From: a virus
DNA length: 64,000 nt
Strand: one strand, 5' to 3'
IMG/VR virus record: IMGVR_UViG_3300027788_001769
Coordinates: 1-64,000 of that record
Positions 55,705 through 64,000 of the stretch are shown here, piece after piece. A program made the translations under genes and the position numbers. Position 1 is the stretch's first letter. Every line of letters starts with the position of its first letter. Under the pieces are notes generated by a model. That model saw nothing but the letters and a program-made list of their open reading frames with translations, was not told the origin of the DNA and ran no database searches.

Positions 55705-58401
55705 CTCTTCTAGGAATTTATCTTTGTCCTCACCCATCTTATTCCAAAAAACCATTTCTTCAGGTGAAGCTGTTAATACCTCTTCTAACGTATCTTGGTC
55801 CCCAGGCTTTCTAGACAACCCATTTATTAGGTTACATTGTTTGGTGGTAAAAAATTCTCTGTCCTTTGGGTGTTTCACTATTATAGAATCTCTAACTTCG
55901 TGACCAAAAACAACCAGTAAAGGTTCTACTCTTTTATTAAAAACATTAATATATCTAGCTACATTATAATCACCTAACATACCTGGGTTGTTTTTCATGT
56001 CAGATTCTTTCACCATATAACACCTTAAAATAGTTTGTTTTGTACCATCTTTATTTCTTTTGGACTGTACGTCACCATGGGATAAAGCTGTACCATTATT
56101 GACATAGTATATTGTATCCCCTAAATTAACACTTAAATTATCTTTAATGACTAATTCCATGTGAGCCATTCTAGACATAGGGTTACCAGCTTTATTTACT
56201 TTTTTTGCCCTTTTATGGTACTCATCTAAAGTTAATTTAACTCTAGATTTGTTAGCAATTTTAGCCAAAGGTATTTCTCTATTAAATATTTTAGTATGGT
56301 ACTCGTAATAGTATTCAACAAACTCCTTACCTTTTCCATTTAACAATAAAGTTAGTGCGGTATCCATAAAGTCTACCAGGTATTCCTGTAATGTTTTAGA
56401 TTTAATGGTGTTACCAGTTAATTTTATTTTTCCTTTGTCTGTTAAAAGAGCGTAATTTTTACGAGAAACGTTAATACAGGATGGCCATTGTCCATCAGTA
56501 TCTAAACCCATTTCGTTTATCATAAACAAATCATTATATTCTGCAACATGTGCTTCAGAACCCACATACTCCTTATCCTTAACAACCAACTCGTTATTAC
56601 CTAGACCAACATATGTATGTTCGTTTAACCCCTTTGGACATGAAAAGTTAACACCATCCGTATCTAACACCAAAGGTGAATAATCTCTAACTATAAACCA
56701 AGAAATCATGTGTCTTAGATATTGCCTTCCTGTACAAGTAACTTTTTCTCCCATATCCATATCTCCCCAAGGGAAAACATGTGGTGCTGACAAAGAACCA
56801 AACATAGAATTAATAAAAATCTTAATAGGTAATTGTTTTCTACCGAAGGACTCTGATTTTTTATCATCTACCCCGTAATATTCAGAGGCTAATTTTTTAT
56901 ACTTTATTCTAGTATCTCTAAAATACTTTAACATGCTCTCCATTGCTCCTGACACATCACATTCAGGAAAAACGTTATGTACCAATTGTATAGATGGGTA
57001 TAGTGAACTAAAATCTAACTTTAACACATCTTCTGAATATCCAGTTTTAATTAACCTAGACAACCCACCAACAAAAGGACGCTTTTCCTCCTTTTCTGGT
57101 ATTGCTAACCCTTGGTGGTAAGACCAAGCCAACATTAACATTTTCCATAAAGTAGCTGTACCCATTGTTGATACTCTTTCATATGTTGTTGGTACCATTG
57201 TCGACAATAGAAATGAAGCTTGGTTGAACTGTTCATCAACCCTTAGAGTTTCATCTATATCGTCCTCTAAGTATTTTTTAACCACTCCTTGTCCATTTAA
57301 AATCTCATACGTATTAGGATGTTTATGTATTAAATCCTCTAACCCTGGTGTGTCTACTGACTTATACTTACCTGTTCTCGGGTTAAAAAAGAAATCCTTG
57401 TTTTCTGAGTAGGTTGAAGCAATTTTATCACCGTCAACATATACCCTACTTTCTCTATTAGCACTAATAAATTCTGTTATATACTTAAGACCCCAAGATT
57501 TAATGTCTGAATTAATTGTTTGAGCTCGTCTAACAGAGTGTGCAACATCTATAACATTGTAACCCCACATTTGTGTGCTTTTATATTCCTCTACTTCAGC
57601 ACCTAATTTTAATAATGAATCTTTTCTTTTAAATGGACTATTCGGGTTTAGAGTTGTAACCACATCTCGTATGTTCATCCCTAATATTTCAGCTCTTTTT
57701 TCTAACCAGTCCCAGTCAAAAGACGAAGAGTTGTACCCACCTATGATTGTTGGTTTTATTTGGTGTATGGCATCAAAAAAGTCTCTAATTAACTGTCTTT
57801 CTGATTCATCATCATGAGCATAAAATATTTTACTGTTGCCTCTATTATCTAACATACCCAACAAAAACATCATACCGTCTTGAGGTCTTAAAGACGTTGT
57901 CTCAATATCAAACATTAACCTATGAACTTCTTCATATTCTGTAAATCCCTTGAATAGTCTTTTTTGTGTTTGTGTTAAATATTGTTCTACTGGACTTAAA
58001 ATGGTTATTAGGTGTCTAGTTTCCATAGCCCATGGATTTAATCCACCTTCCCTAAAAAAACTAACTAAATTTCTGTATGTTTTGGTTGTTTTAACTAAAT
58101 AAGTTAGACCATTTTCTAGCCTTTCATTATCTTCAGTTTTTAACTTCTCAATAAGAATACCATGTTTACTCATAGCTTCTTGTTGTCTAATTCTACTATT
58201 TGAATAAAAATTAGTTTGTTTTAAGTTTCCCACCCAAGCAAAAGGGATAAACTTATCCTTCTGAATTGATTTTCCGTTTATTGGGTCTTCTTTTATTTTA
58301 AAAATGGAGTTACTTCTGTAGTCATATTCTACCGCTACAATGTATTTTTCTGGGTCAGTCCCTTCTAGGAACTTTTGGATTACTTCTTGATTGATTTTCA
58401 T
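55681..58401 (-). CDS. Family B DNA polymerase with 3'-5' exonuclease
   Basis: ExoI FDIETT, ExoII GYNSSSFDW, ExoIII YLEDD; motif A DFSSLYPS, motif B KIFINSMFG, motif C DTDG. Confidence 0.95.
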   Translation of the reverse strand: MKINQEVIQKFLEGTDPEKYIVAVEYDYRSNSIFKIKEDPINGKSIQKDKFIPFAWVGNLKQTNFYSNSRIRQQEAMSKHGILIEKLKTEDNERLENGLTYLVKTTKTYRNLVSFFREGGLNPWAMETRHLITILSPVEQYLTQTQKRLFKGFTEYEEVHRLMFDIETTSLRPQDGMMFLLGMLDNRGNSKIFYAHDDESERQLIRDFFDAIHQIKPTIIGGYNSSSFDWDWLEKRAEILGMNIRDVVTTLNPNSPFKRKDSLLKLGAEVEEYKSTQMWGYNVIDVAHSVRRAQTINSDIKSWGLKYITEFISANRESRVYVDGDKIASTYSENKDFFFNPRTGKYKSVDTPGLEDLIHKHPNTYEILNGQGVVKKYLEDDIDETLRVDEQFNQASFLLSTMVPTTYERVSTMGTATLWKMLMLAWSYHQGLAIPEKEEKRPFVGGLSRLIKTGYSEDVLKLDFSSLYPSIQLVHNVFPECDVSGAMESMLKYFRDTRIKYKKLASEYYGVDDKKSESFGRKQLPIKIFINSMFGSLSAPHVFPWGDMDMGEKVTCTGRQYLRHMISWFIVRDYSPLVLDTDGVNFSCPKGLNEHTYVGLGNNELVVKDKEYVGSEAHVAEYNDLFMINEMGLDTDGQWPSCINVSRKNYALLTDKGKIKLTGNTIKSKTLQEYLVDFMDTALTLLLNGKGKEFVEYYYEYHTKIFNREIPLAKIANKSRVKLTLDEYHKRAKKVNKAGNPMSRMAHMELVIKDNLSVNLGDTIYYVNNGTALSHGDVQSKRNKDGTKQTILRCYMVKESDMKNNPGMLGDYNVARYINVFNKRVEPLLVVFGHEVRDSIIVKHPKDREFFTTKQCNLINGLSRKPGDQDTLEEVLTASPEEMVFWNKMGEDKDKFLEELGILNTV

Positions 58402-58467
58402 ATGTTTAATTTTAACGTTTGTAATATTGGCTTCGTGAGTTCACGAATTCTACTTAACACTAAATTA

Positions 58468-58496
58468 AATATATGAATTAAATTAAATTAAATCAA
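58468..58496 (-). promoter_or_regulatory. Sigma70-like promoter TTGATT-N17-TATATT upstream of the DNA polymerase gene
   Basis: aatcaa at 58491-58496 and aatata at 58468-58473 on the + strand. Confidence 0.6.
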
Positions 58497-58499
58497 ATA

Positions 58500-58889
58500 T
58501 TAAAATGATTTACATTGACTTCTAACAAAACTATCATTTATATTAATAAATAAATCGTCTCTAACTGGAACAATTAACTCAGAACCATCATCAATAAAAG
58601 TTATATCGAACTGTGCTTGGTACCTACCGACTTCCGAAGTGTCCGAGGACTGCCAACGATAATATATGTAGTATTCGACCGGTGCATTAGGTTCAATACT
58701 AGTCTTAGATACTATACCTGCTGACTTATTAAGGATGACAAATTCACCAGTATCTTCTCTTCTCATAGAAAACCCTATAGAAGAATTTGCTAACTTATCA
58801 TGGAAACTCATATAGTCATTTCTCCCATCTTGGATGAGTTGCATTTTAAGTATTGGTTCGGTAGCATCTTTTCTAATAAAAAATTCCAT
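58500..58889 (-). CDS. BppU N-terminal-like beta-sandwich structural protein
   Basis: FFIRKDATEPILKMQL...YYRWQSSDTSEVGRYQAQFDITF...LIVP. Confidence 0.6.
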   Translation of the reverse strand: MEFFIRKDATEPILKMQLIQDGRNDYMSFHDKLANSSIGFSMRREDTGEFVILNKSAGIVSKTSIEPNAPVEYYIYYRWQSSDTSEVGRYQAQFDITFIDDGSELIVPVRDDLFININDSFVRSQCKSF

Positions 58890-58896
58890 ATCTTAT

Positions 58897-60132
58897 TTAG
58901 AATTGGGTTTTTCTATAAACAACATTTATAGCAAAATTATCGTAGTTTGCAACTGGAGACCCCTGTCCGTCTGGTTTCCCTTGAGTGGCAATCATGATTG
59001 GTTGTCCTAACCCCATATTAGTTAAATTGGTGGCCTTATCTGTACTGATAGATTGGAAAGAAGTTAATGGTGGTTGTATAAATTTACTATATACGGTACC
59101 ATTACCAGTTTGACCACTTAAAAATGTTGGGGAATAAAACATAGCTCCTTCATGCATGTACGTTGTAGCTGTCGTACCAGAAGACACTAAGTAAACATTA
59201 GTGTTAGCTGAATATGGTTGGTCACCAGTTAAATTACCTAAATAATTAAATTTACCAGTTACTGTTATAACGTCTAATAATTCGTTAGCTCCTGGAGCTT
59301 CAATTAACGTTATTCTATTGTGGTATGAATCTAACACAGCTGTTTGTGCTGAGGTTACCTGTACTGTTTGAGTTAAAATTTCACTAGATGGTCCGGTAAA
59401 TCCACCTGTAGTTCCAGATGGTGATGATATACTTTGTAAAGTAATCCCACTAGAACTAACGCTACCAAAAGACCCGGTTGAGGAAGTACCTATTAAACCT
59501 TCAGTAGAAGATAGTTGTAGGACTGATGTTCCAGAAACCTCAATAGTCATTCCTGTTGGTGTAATTATTATTTGGTGTGAGTTACTAGGGTCGTGCATTC
59601 TAAACTGATATTCGTTACTATCTGGTAACGAACCAATACTAGCTGTATCTCCAGACCCGTTAGATAGGTTAAAGTATGTATTTGCATAACACGATGTAGG
59701 TAAACTACCAGTGGTAAAACAAACACCCGTAGTACTAATTACAACATTATCTTCTAAAAGATTATTGTAAGCTGCAAATGATAAAGCGTCTGTTGCTTGT
59801 GTAGTTGTTGTATTGTAGTTAGCGGTTTGTGTCGTACCAGTAGACGCTAAATATATCCTACCCATTACTGACGCAGTCATAGATGTAAGGGTTAGTAATG
59901 CATTCATATCTACATCAGCTTTAAAGGCTAATCCCCTATCGTTGGTTAATTCCTCGTCTAAATAAGGTATGACCAATTGGTTACCCGACGAATCTATTGC
60001 TGTTAAGTGGTTTAAATTTCCAGACCCGTCTGGAATTAAGGCATCTGACCCAGCAAAAAACGTCACATATGGACTTGCTGGTGTTGTTATACCTGATTTA
60101 GCTTCTTTATAAAATCTAATTTTTGCTGGCAT
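58897..60132 (-). CDS. Ser/Thr-rich putative fibre or decoration protein
   Basis: 411 aa, S/T/G-rich; located among structural genes. Confidence 0.5.
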   Translation of the reverse strand: MPAKIRFYKEAKSGITTPASPYVTFFAGSDALIPDGSGNLNHLTAIDSSGNQLVIPYLDEELTNDRGLAFKADVDMNALLTLTSMTASVMGRIYLASTGTTQTANYNTTTTQATDALSFAAYNNLLEDNVVISTTGVCFTTGSLPTSCYANTYFNLSNGSGDTASIGSLPDSNEYQFRMHDPSNSHQIIITPTGMTIEVSGTSVLQLSSTEGLIGTSSTGSFGSVSSSGITLQSISSPSGTTGGFTGPSSEILTQTVQVTSAQTAVLDSYHNRITLIEAPGANELLDVITVTGKFNYLGNLTGDQPYSANTNVYLVSSGTTATTYMHEGAMFYSPTFLSGQTGNGTVYSKFIQPPLTSFQSISTDKATNLTNMGLGQPIMIATQGKPDGQGSPVANYDNFAINVVYRKTQF

Positions 60133-60175
60133 CTTTTATTTATTTATTTCTTTTTTATTCAACTACGTTATATTC

Positions 60176-60496
60176 TTAAGGGTTTAACATCAATTCACCA
60201 TCTAATTCCATTGTGCCCTGTATTACATAAGTATCTGCATGGTTAACTTGGGAATTAACTAAAATCCTAAATTTATCTCCAAAAGGAAGAGGACTAGGGT
60301 GTGACCCCAAAGTCATTAAAGTAAGTGCATCATTTATTTGAGTCACACCATTAAATCTTTGTGGTGAATGATTTAAATAAATAATGTCGTTAAATCTACT
60401 ATCTGCACTAAATTGTGCTACGTCTAGAAAGGTGGTAGTTAACGGTATGTCCCCACCCTGGAAGTTCTCAACAATATTTTTACACTTACACGACAT
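60176..60496 (-). CDS. Hypothetical protein
   Basis: 106 aa ORF co-oriented with its neighbours. Confidence 0.55.
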   Translation of the reverse strand: MSCKCKNIVENFQGGDIPLTTTFLDVAQFSADSRFNDIIYLNHSPQRFNGVTQINDALTLMTLGSHPSPLPFGDKFRILVNSQVNHADTYVIQGTMELDGELMLNP

Positions 60497-60523
60497 ATAT
60501 TCTCTTTATTATTAAATATCTTT

Positions 60524-63166
60524 TTATTTATACAAATTTCCCATTAAAGTAACTTTTGCTGGATTTGTACAGACAATTCTTTGAGTTATGTACACATTTA
60601 CCACATCAGTAGCTAATAATGTGAATGGGAATGTAACTAATTCAGCTGCGTACGCAGTAGATTTACTATGTCTATAAATAACATAACTTTGTACATTATC
60701 CAATACAGCATTCTTTATTTTTACACCACTATAACCTGGGTCCACATATAGGTTTAGTCTATCTACCGCCACATTATTCATATGGTTTATACACACAGGT
60801 GGTATGTCTGTGGTGTAAGTCACATCTGTGTTATTGTATTCTATTATTATATCTAAAGAATCCCCATCTCTAATGTATATAGCCCTTCCTGGTATACAAG
60901 TAGTACTTAAACAACTACAATCTATAAGGTTATATCTGTCTTTATTAACCAAATAATTGTGTATTATTTCGTCTGCTCCTAAAGGTTCTAAATAATACCT
61001 CATTTGTGATATCCCACCATCCCAAGTCCCAGCAAAGTACTCTTCTATTAATAAATTTAAATCAGTCGGGTCTTGTGTGTAAGGTTCACAAGTTCTGGCA
61101 GGTGGTCCCGCTGAATTTCCAGTACAACCAGACATAAAGGTTAAGTTATCTATAAGTCCTTGAGACCCTCCACCCCAACTCATATTATATGGTACTCCAA
61201 CTTGTTTTTGTGGTTCAGTATTTAACCTTCTTGGGATTATTTCTTCAAAATCGTCGTCAACAAAAACTGGTCTACCATTAACAAAAATTGTTAGTACCCC
61301 TGTCCTTAACCATCTATTGTCTGTCCACTTTTTAGAAAAATGTATTTCTTTTTTTATCGGTGTGGGGAATAAAACCCCATAGTCTGGTGTTGATGTGTCA
61401 GCGTAGGTTATGTTGTTTGGTGTTACGGGTTCTAATAAATCATTAACCCCTCCTTCATTCGACAAATCACATTTATTATCATAACAATAATTTCTTCTAA
61501 ATCTTGCCGTAATTAACACCCAGGGTTCCGACTGGGTCGTACCAGTTAATTGGCATATTACATTATCGGAATACTTTTCAACTACGGTAAAACCACTACT
61601 GTAGGTTAGCCCTGTTATGCAAGTACCACTAGTCATACATGTACCAGTATAGTATATGGCTCGATAACCAACCCTATAATCGTCTGTTAGTCTTAAACCT
61701 AAAGAATTACTCCAAACATCAATCCCGGAATCGTATGTGGTACCTGTGATGTAACTTCTTCTAGTTTGACAATGGTCGTCAACTATAGTGCTTGCCGACG
61801 AAGTTAGGTATACTGATGTACCAGTACAACTATAGTCTAATTGAGCACAAGTGGTTAAACCACATTCCCCAGAATAAACATTATGAAATTTATTTTCTGC
61901 CCTAGTGCCTATATACCAAAAGAACCCCTTATTGTTCGGGTATTTTTCGTTTAATGTGTTATTATATGATGTGCAAATTGTGGAACCCGTTCTTATCTTT
62001 AATAAACATTCCGTAGTCCACCCACATTCCGGCCTTTGGGGTAAAACTTCATACGGGTGACCGTCTAGTTTCCAAAACCCTTGATAAAAACCCCCATATA
62101 GTTCATTATAATAACCAGATGTTCCACTAACACTGACAATATTGTAATTATACTCGTTATTAGTGTATCCCGTTACCGCATGCATTTTAAACCTTCTATC
62201 GTAATGTAATGGGTCGTATTTGTATTTGTCAGGCATACTTTTCCATAACTTTATAGTCTCTAATTTACACGGTGCGGTAATAACACCTATCTTAACATCG
62301 GTCTTAGCTACAAAAGTTGATGAGCTCGAACTTAGGTATTCAGCCTTACTTAAAGTAACTTTGTAGACCCATCCTTCTGTGTAGGGTTGGGAAGTGGGTG
62401 TCATAAACACACAACAAGAATCCAGGTGAAAATCACTACAGTCATCGTAATCCTCAAAATTATCGTTTACACTAATAGATGTACTATTTAATGTCCCACC
62501 ACTATTTGGAAAGGTGAGTCCATTGGTTATGGTGTTAACTATTCCCGGTGTCCCAACCGACCAAGAACCAACAGTAAATTTCGTAGTACTACCAACGGTA
62601 GTTCCAGTAATAAACCCACCAAACGAAGTACTTGCAGAAAAACCTGATAAACACAAATCACATGGTCCACCCTCAGACAACTCACCTATAGTCATACTAG
62701 ATGGGTCGGTGGTATTGCCACTCATAAATCTAGTCAACCCATTATCTATACCAGTTAAACCAATATCACAAATAGATTCCACAAACGAACCTTTAGAACC
62801 AAAACCTTTAGTTTCACATTTAAGGCACCTACAGTCCACATCGTGTTGGTTGGGTCTTGCCTCGTCCCAGTAAGATAAACTTAGAAGGGTATTGGTCGGA
62901 ATATAGTCGTTACAGAATATTGTAGGTTGGTATGTCGTCCCTGTACTGTTAAGGTCCATATAGACCCCCAATTTATTTGACGGGAAATTCCCACCGGTAG
63001 ATGTAAATATTGCATTTCCGTTAACACCAATAATGTCATTAGAATATACAACTTCCCTATTATAGCCTCTTTCATCCGCGACTAAATAGAAGTCATGGTA
63101 AGAGCTAAAACTCAATTTTGCGTCTAATCTGTTGAAATAATAATTATTTAAATTCTGTGGTCCCAT
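60524..63166 (-). CDS. Cys/Thr-rich structural protein with an interrupted LamG/concanavalin-like domain
   Basis: GWTTECLLK, WVLITARF, LTIFVNGRP, FAGTWDGGISQMRYYLEPL...EIIHNY. Confidence 0.55.
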   Translation of the reverse strand: MGPQNLNNYYFNRLDAKLSFSSYHDFYLVADERGYNREVVYSNDIIGVNGNAIFTSTGGNFPSNKLGVYMDLNSTGTTYQPTIFCNDYIPTNTLLSLSYWDEARPNQHDVDCRCLKCETKGFGSKGSFVESICDIGLTGIDNGLTRFMSGNTTDPSSMTIGELSEGGPCDLCLSGFSASTSFGGFITGTTVGSTTKFTVGSWSVGTPGIVNTITNGLTFPNSGGTLNSTSISVNDNFEDYDDCSDFHLDSCCVFMTPTSQPYTEGWVYKVTLSKAEYLSSSSSTFVAKTDVKIGVITAPCKLETIKLWKSMPDKYKYDPLHYDRRFKMHAVTGYTNNEYNYNIVSVSGTSGYYNELYGGFYQGFWKLDGHPYEVLPQRPECGWTTECLLKIRTGSTICTSYNNTLNEKYPNNKGFFWYIGTRAENKFHNVYSGECGLTTCAQLDYSCTGTSVYLTSSASTIVDDHCQTRRSYITGTTYDSGIDVWSNSLGLRLTDDYRVGYRAIYYTGTCMTSGTCITGLTYSSGFTVVEKYSDNVICQLTGTTQSEPWVLITARFRRNYCYDNKCDLSNEGGVNDLLEPVTPNNITYADTSTPDYGVLFPTPIKKEIHFSKKWTDNRWLRTGVLTIFVNGRPVFVDDDFEEIIPRRLNTEPQKQVGVPYNMSWGGGSQGLIDNLTFMSGCTGNSAGPPARTCEPYTQDPTDLNLLIEEYFAGTWDGGISQMRYYLEPLGADEIIHNYLVNKDRYNLIDCSCLSTTCIPGRAIYIRDGDSLDIIIEYNNTDVTYTTDIPPVCINHMNNVAVDRLNLYVDPGYSGVKIKNAVLDNVQSYVIYRHSKSTAYAAELVTFPFTLLATDVVNVYITQRIVCTNPAKVTLMGNLYK

Positions 63167-63170
63167 AGTT

Positions 63171-63203
63171 TATAAATATTTATGTATGTGAATAATATTT
63201 ATA
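63171..63203. promoter_or_regulatory. Divergent pair of TATTTATA boxes
   Basis: Box at 63171-63178 on the - strand (gene ending 63166) and at 63196-63203 on the + strand (gene starting 63217). Confidence 0.6.
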
Positions 63204-63216
63204 ATAAAAAGAAAAG

Positions 63217-63852
63217 ATGAAAAAGTTAAAACATAAAGGCTCGTGTGATGATGTTCATGAAGATATCACCCACGAAGAATGGGAGGAAGTACAACGCAAC
63301 CAAGAAGAGGAAGATTTAGATGAATTAGTTGACTTTGATGGTTCGCTTTTAAGTTCTAAAATACCATTAGGCATTAATAAAATGAACAAGGTTAGTAGAA
63401 GTACAACTGATGATGTTGTTAAGACTAGTAAACAGAAAGGTAATGGTTTTGGTTATTACTATAAAAGGTACTGGGGTGAAGCATATGTTGGTCCTGCCGT
63501 TGGTGAGGTGGAAGATTTTGATTTAATGACCGCTGACGAAGTTGTGGACGATTTAAAAGATAGGGGGTATTCTGACGATAAAGCTAAACACAAAGCTTCC
63601 GTAGATTACGGTAAAGATTTGGAGAATCCGGACAACGAAGAATTTTTAATTAAAGACAGTTCAAAACAAAAAATGAAAGACGTTTTAGAGGTCATAGTAA
63701 ATAAAAAAAATAAAGACAATGGTCTACAACCAGACAGTGAAGTAGACCTATATAGTGATAACCCAATCTTGCAAAAAATGGGTAAAAAATTTAAAGAAGC
63801 TTGTCAAGCTGACGGTATAAACCCAATAGATTACTTTAAAAACATTAGTTAA
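63217..63852 (+). CDS. Hypothetical acidic protein
   Basis: 211 aa ORF preceded by TATTTATA at 63196-63203. Confidence 0.6.
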   Translation: MKKLKHKGSCDDVHEDITHEEWEEVQRNQEEEDLDELVDFDGSLLSSKIPLGINKMNKVSRSTTDDVVKTSKQKGNGFGYYYKRYWGEAYVGPAVGEVEDFDLMTADEVVDDLKDRGYSDDKAKHKASVDYGKDLENPDNEEFLIKDSSKQKMKDVLEVIVNKKNKDNGLQPDSEVDLYSDNPILQKMGKKFKEACQADGINPIDYFKNIS

Positions 63853-64000
63853 TGCCAGATATAAATTTAAAAGGTAAGGAGTTTAGAGTCCCAACAAAGT
63901 GTGTTGAGAAGATAAAGTTAGCGTTAAATAAGTTTACAGGTCCAAAAACAACTGAAGGTTACGAACGGGCAATTAATATCGTTAAAGAACCAAATATAAG
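63852..64000 (+). CDS. Hypothetical protein, 5' part only (runs off the window)
   Basis: ATG at 63852 overlaps the upstream TAA; MPDINLKGKEFRVPTKCVEKIKLAL... open to the window end. Confidence 0.55.
   Translation, partial: MPDINLKGKEFRVPTKCVEKIKLALNKFTGPKTTEGYERAINIVKEPNI

Noticed and set aside
55681-58401. Inteins or introns in the polymerase (also checked nrdJ, helicase and uvsX)
   Set aside because: Protein lengths are normal, catalytic motifs are contiguous, and no intein splice or homing endonuclease motifs were seen.
426-63075. Many short ORF-track entries antisense to or nested in long genes (e.g. 426..662, 12017..12373, 17059..17466, 22585..22959, 39403..39780, 43176..43535, 62514..62873)
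   Set aside because: They overlap well-supported genes, have no recognisable motifs, and show the Ser/Leu/Ile-rich composition of antisense shadows.
1-64000. Stop-codon reassignment (as in some large phages of Bacteroidota)
   Set aside because: Conserved genes are full-length in the standard code, coding density is high, and TAG acts as a real stop (e.g. 43735-43737).

Overview
This is a 64-kb, AT-rich, gene-dense segment of a large T4-like (myovirus-type, probably jumbo) phage genome read in the standard genetic code. It holds baseplate, tail and neck genes (P2 I/gp7-like, gp6/J-like, gp25, gp26-like, tape measure, tube, sheath, gp15/gp14/gp13-like). Interleaved with them is a replication module: family B DNA polymerase, gp41/DnaB helicase, UvsX/RecA, gp32-like SSB, 5'-3' exonuclease, SNF2 helicase and class II RNR. 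No capsid, portal, terminase, tRNA, CRISPR array, integrase or intein was recognised. Two divergent TTTG-N19/20-TATCTTTG promoters point to a Bacteroidota host. The most interesting signals are: (1) a 6-kb island between the sheath and tube genes whose enzymes (DeoC, a nucleotide N-glycosidase-like protein, a HAD phosphatase, Mn-SOD, a P-loop kinase) carry a shared N-terminal leader ending in (I/L)xE, suggesting virion-packaged, protease-matured enzyme cargo; (2) a probable +1 (or -2) programmed frameshift at TTT_TTT_CGT_C just upstream of the tape measure gene; (3) three distinct promoter classes, including a TATTTATA box that is the reverse complement of the T4 late promoter; and (4) a pervasive [S/T]-[G/A]-x-[S/T] motif in virion proteins. 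All annotations come from motif recognition by eye; no database searches were run.
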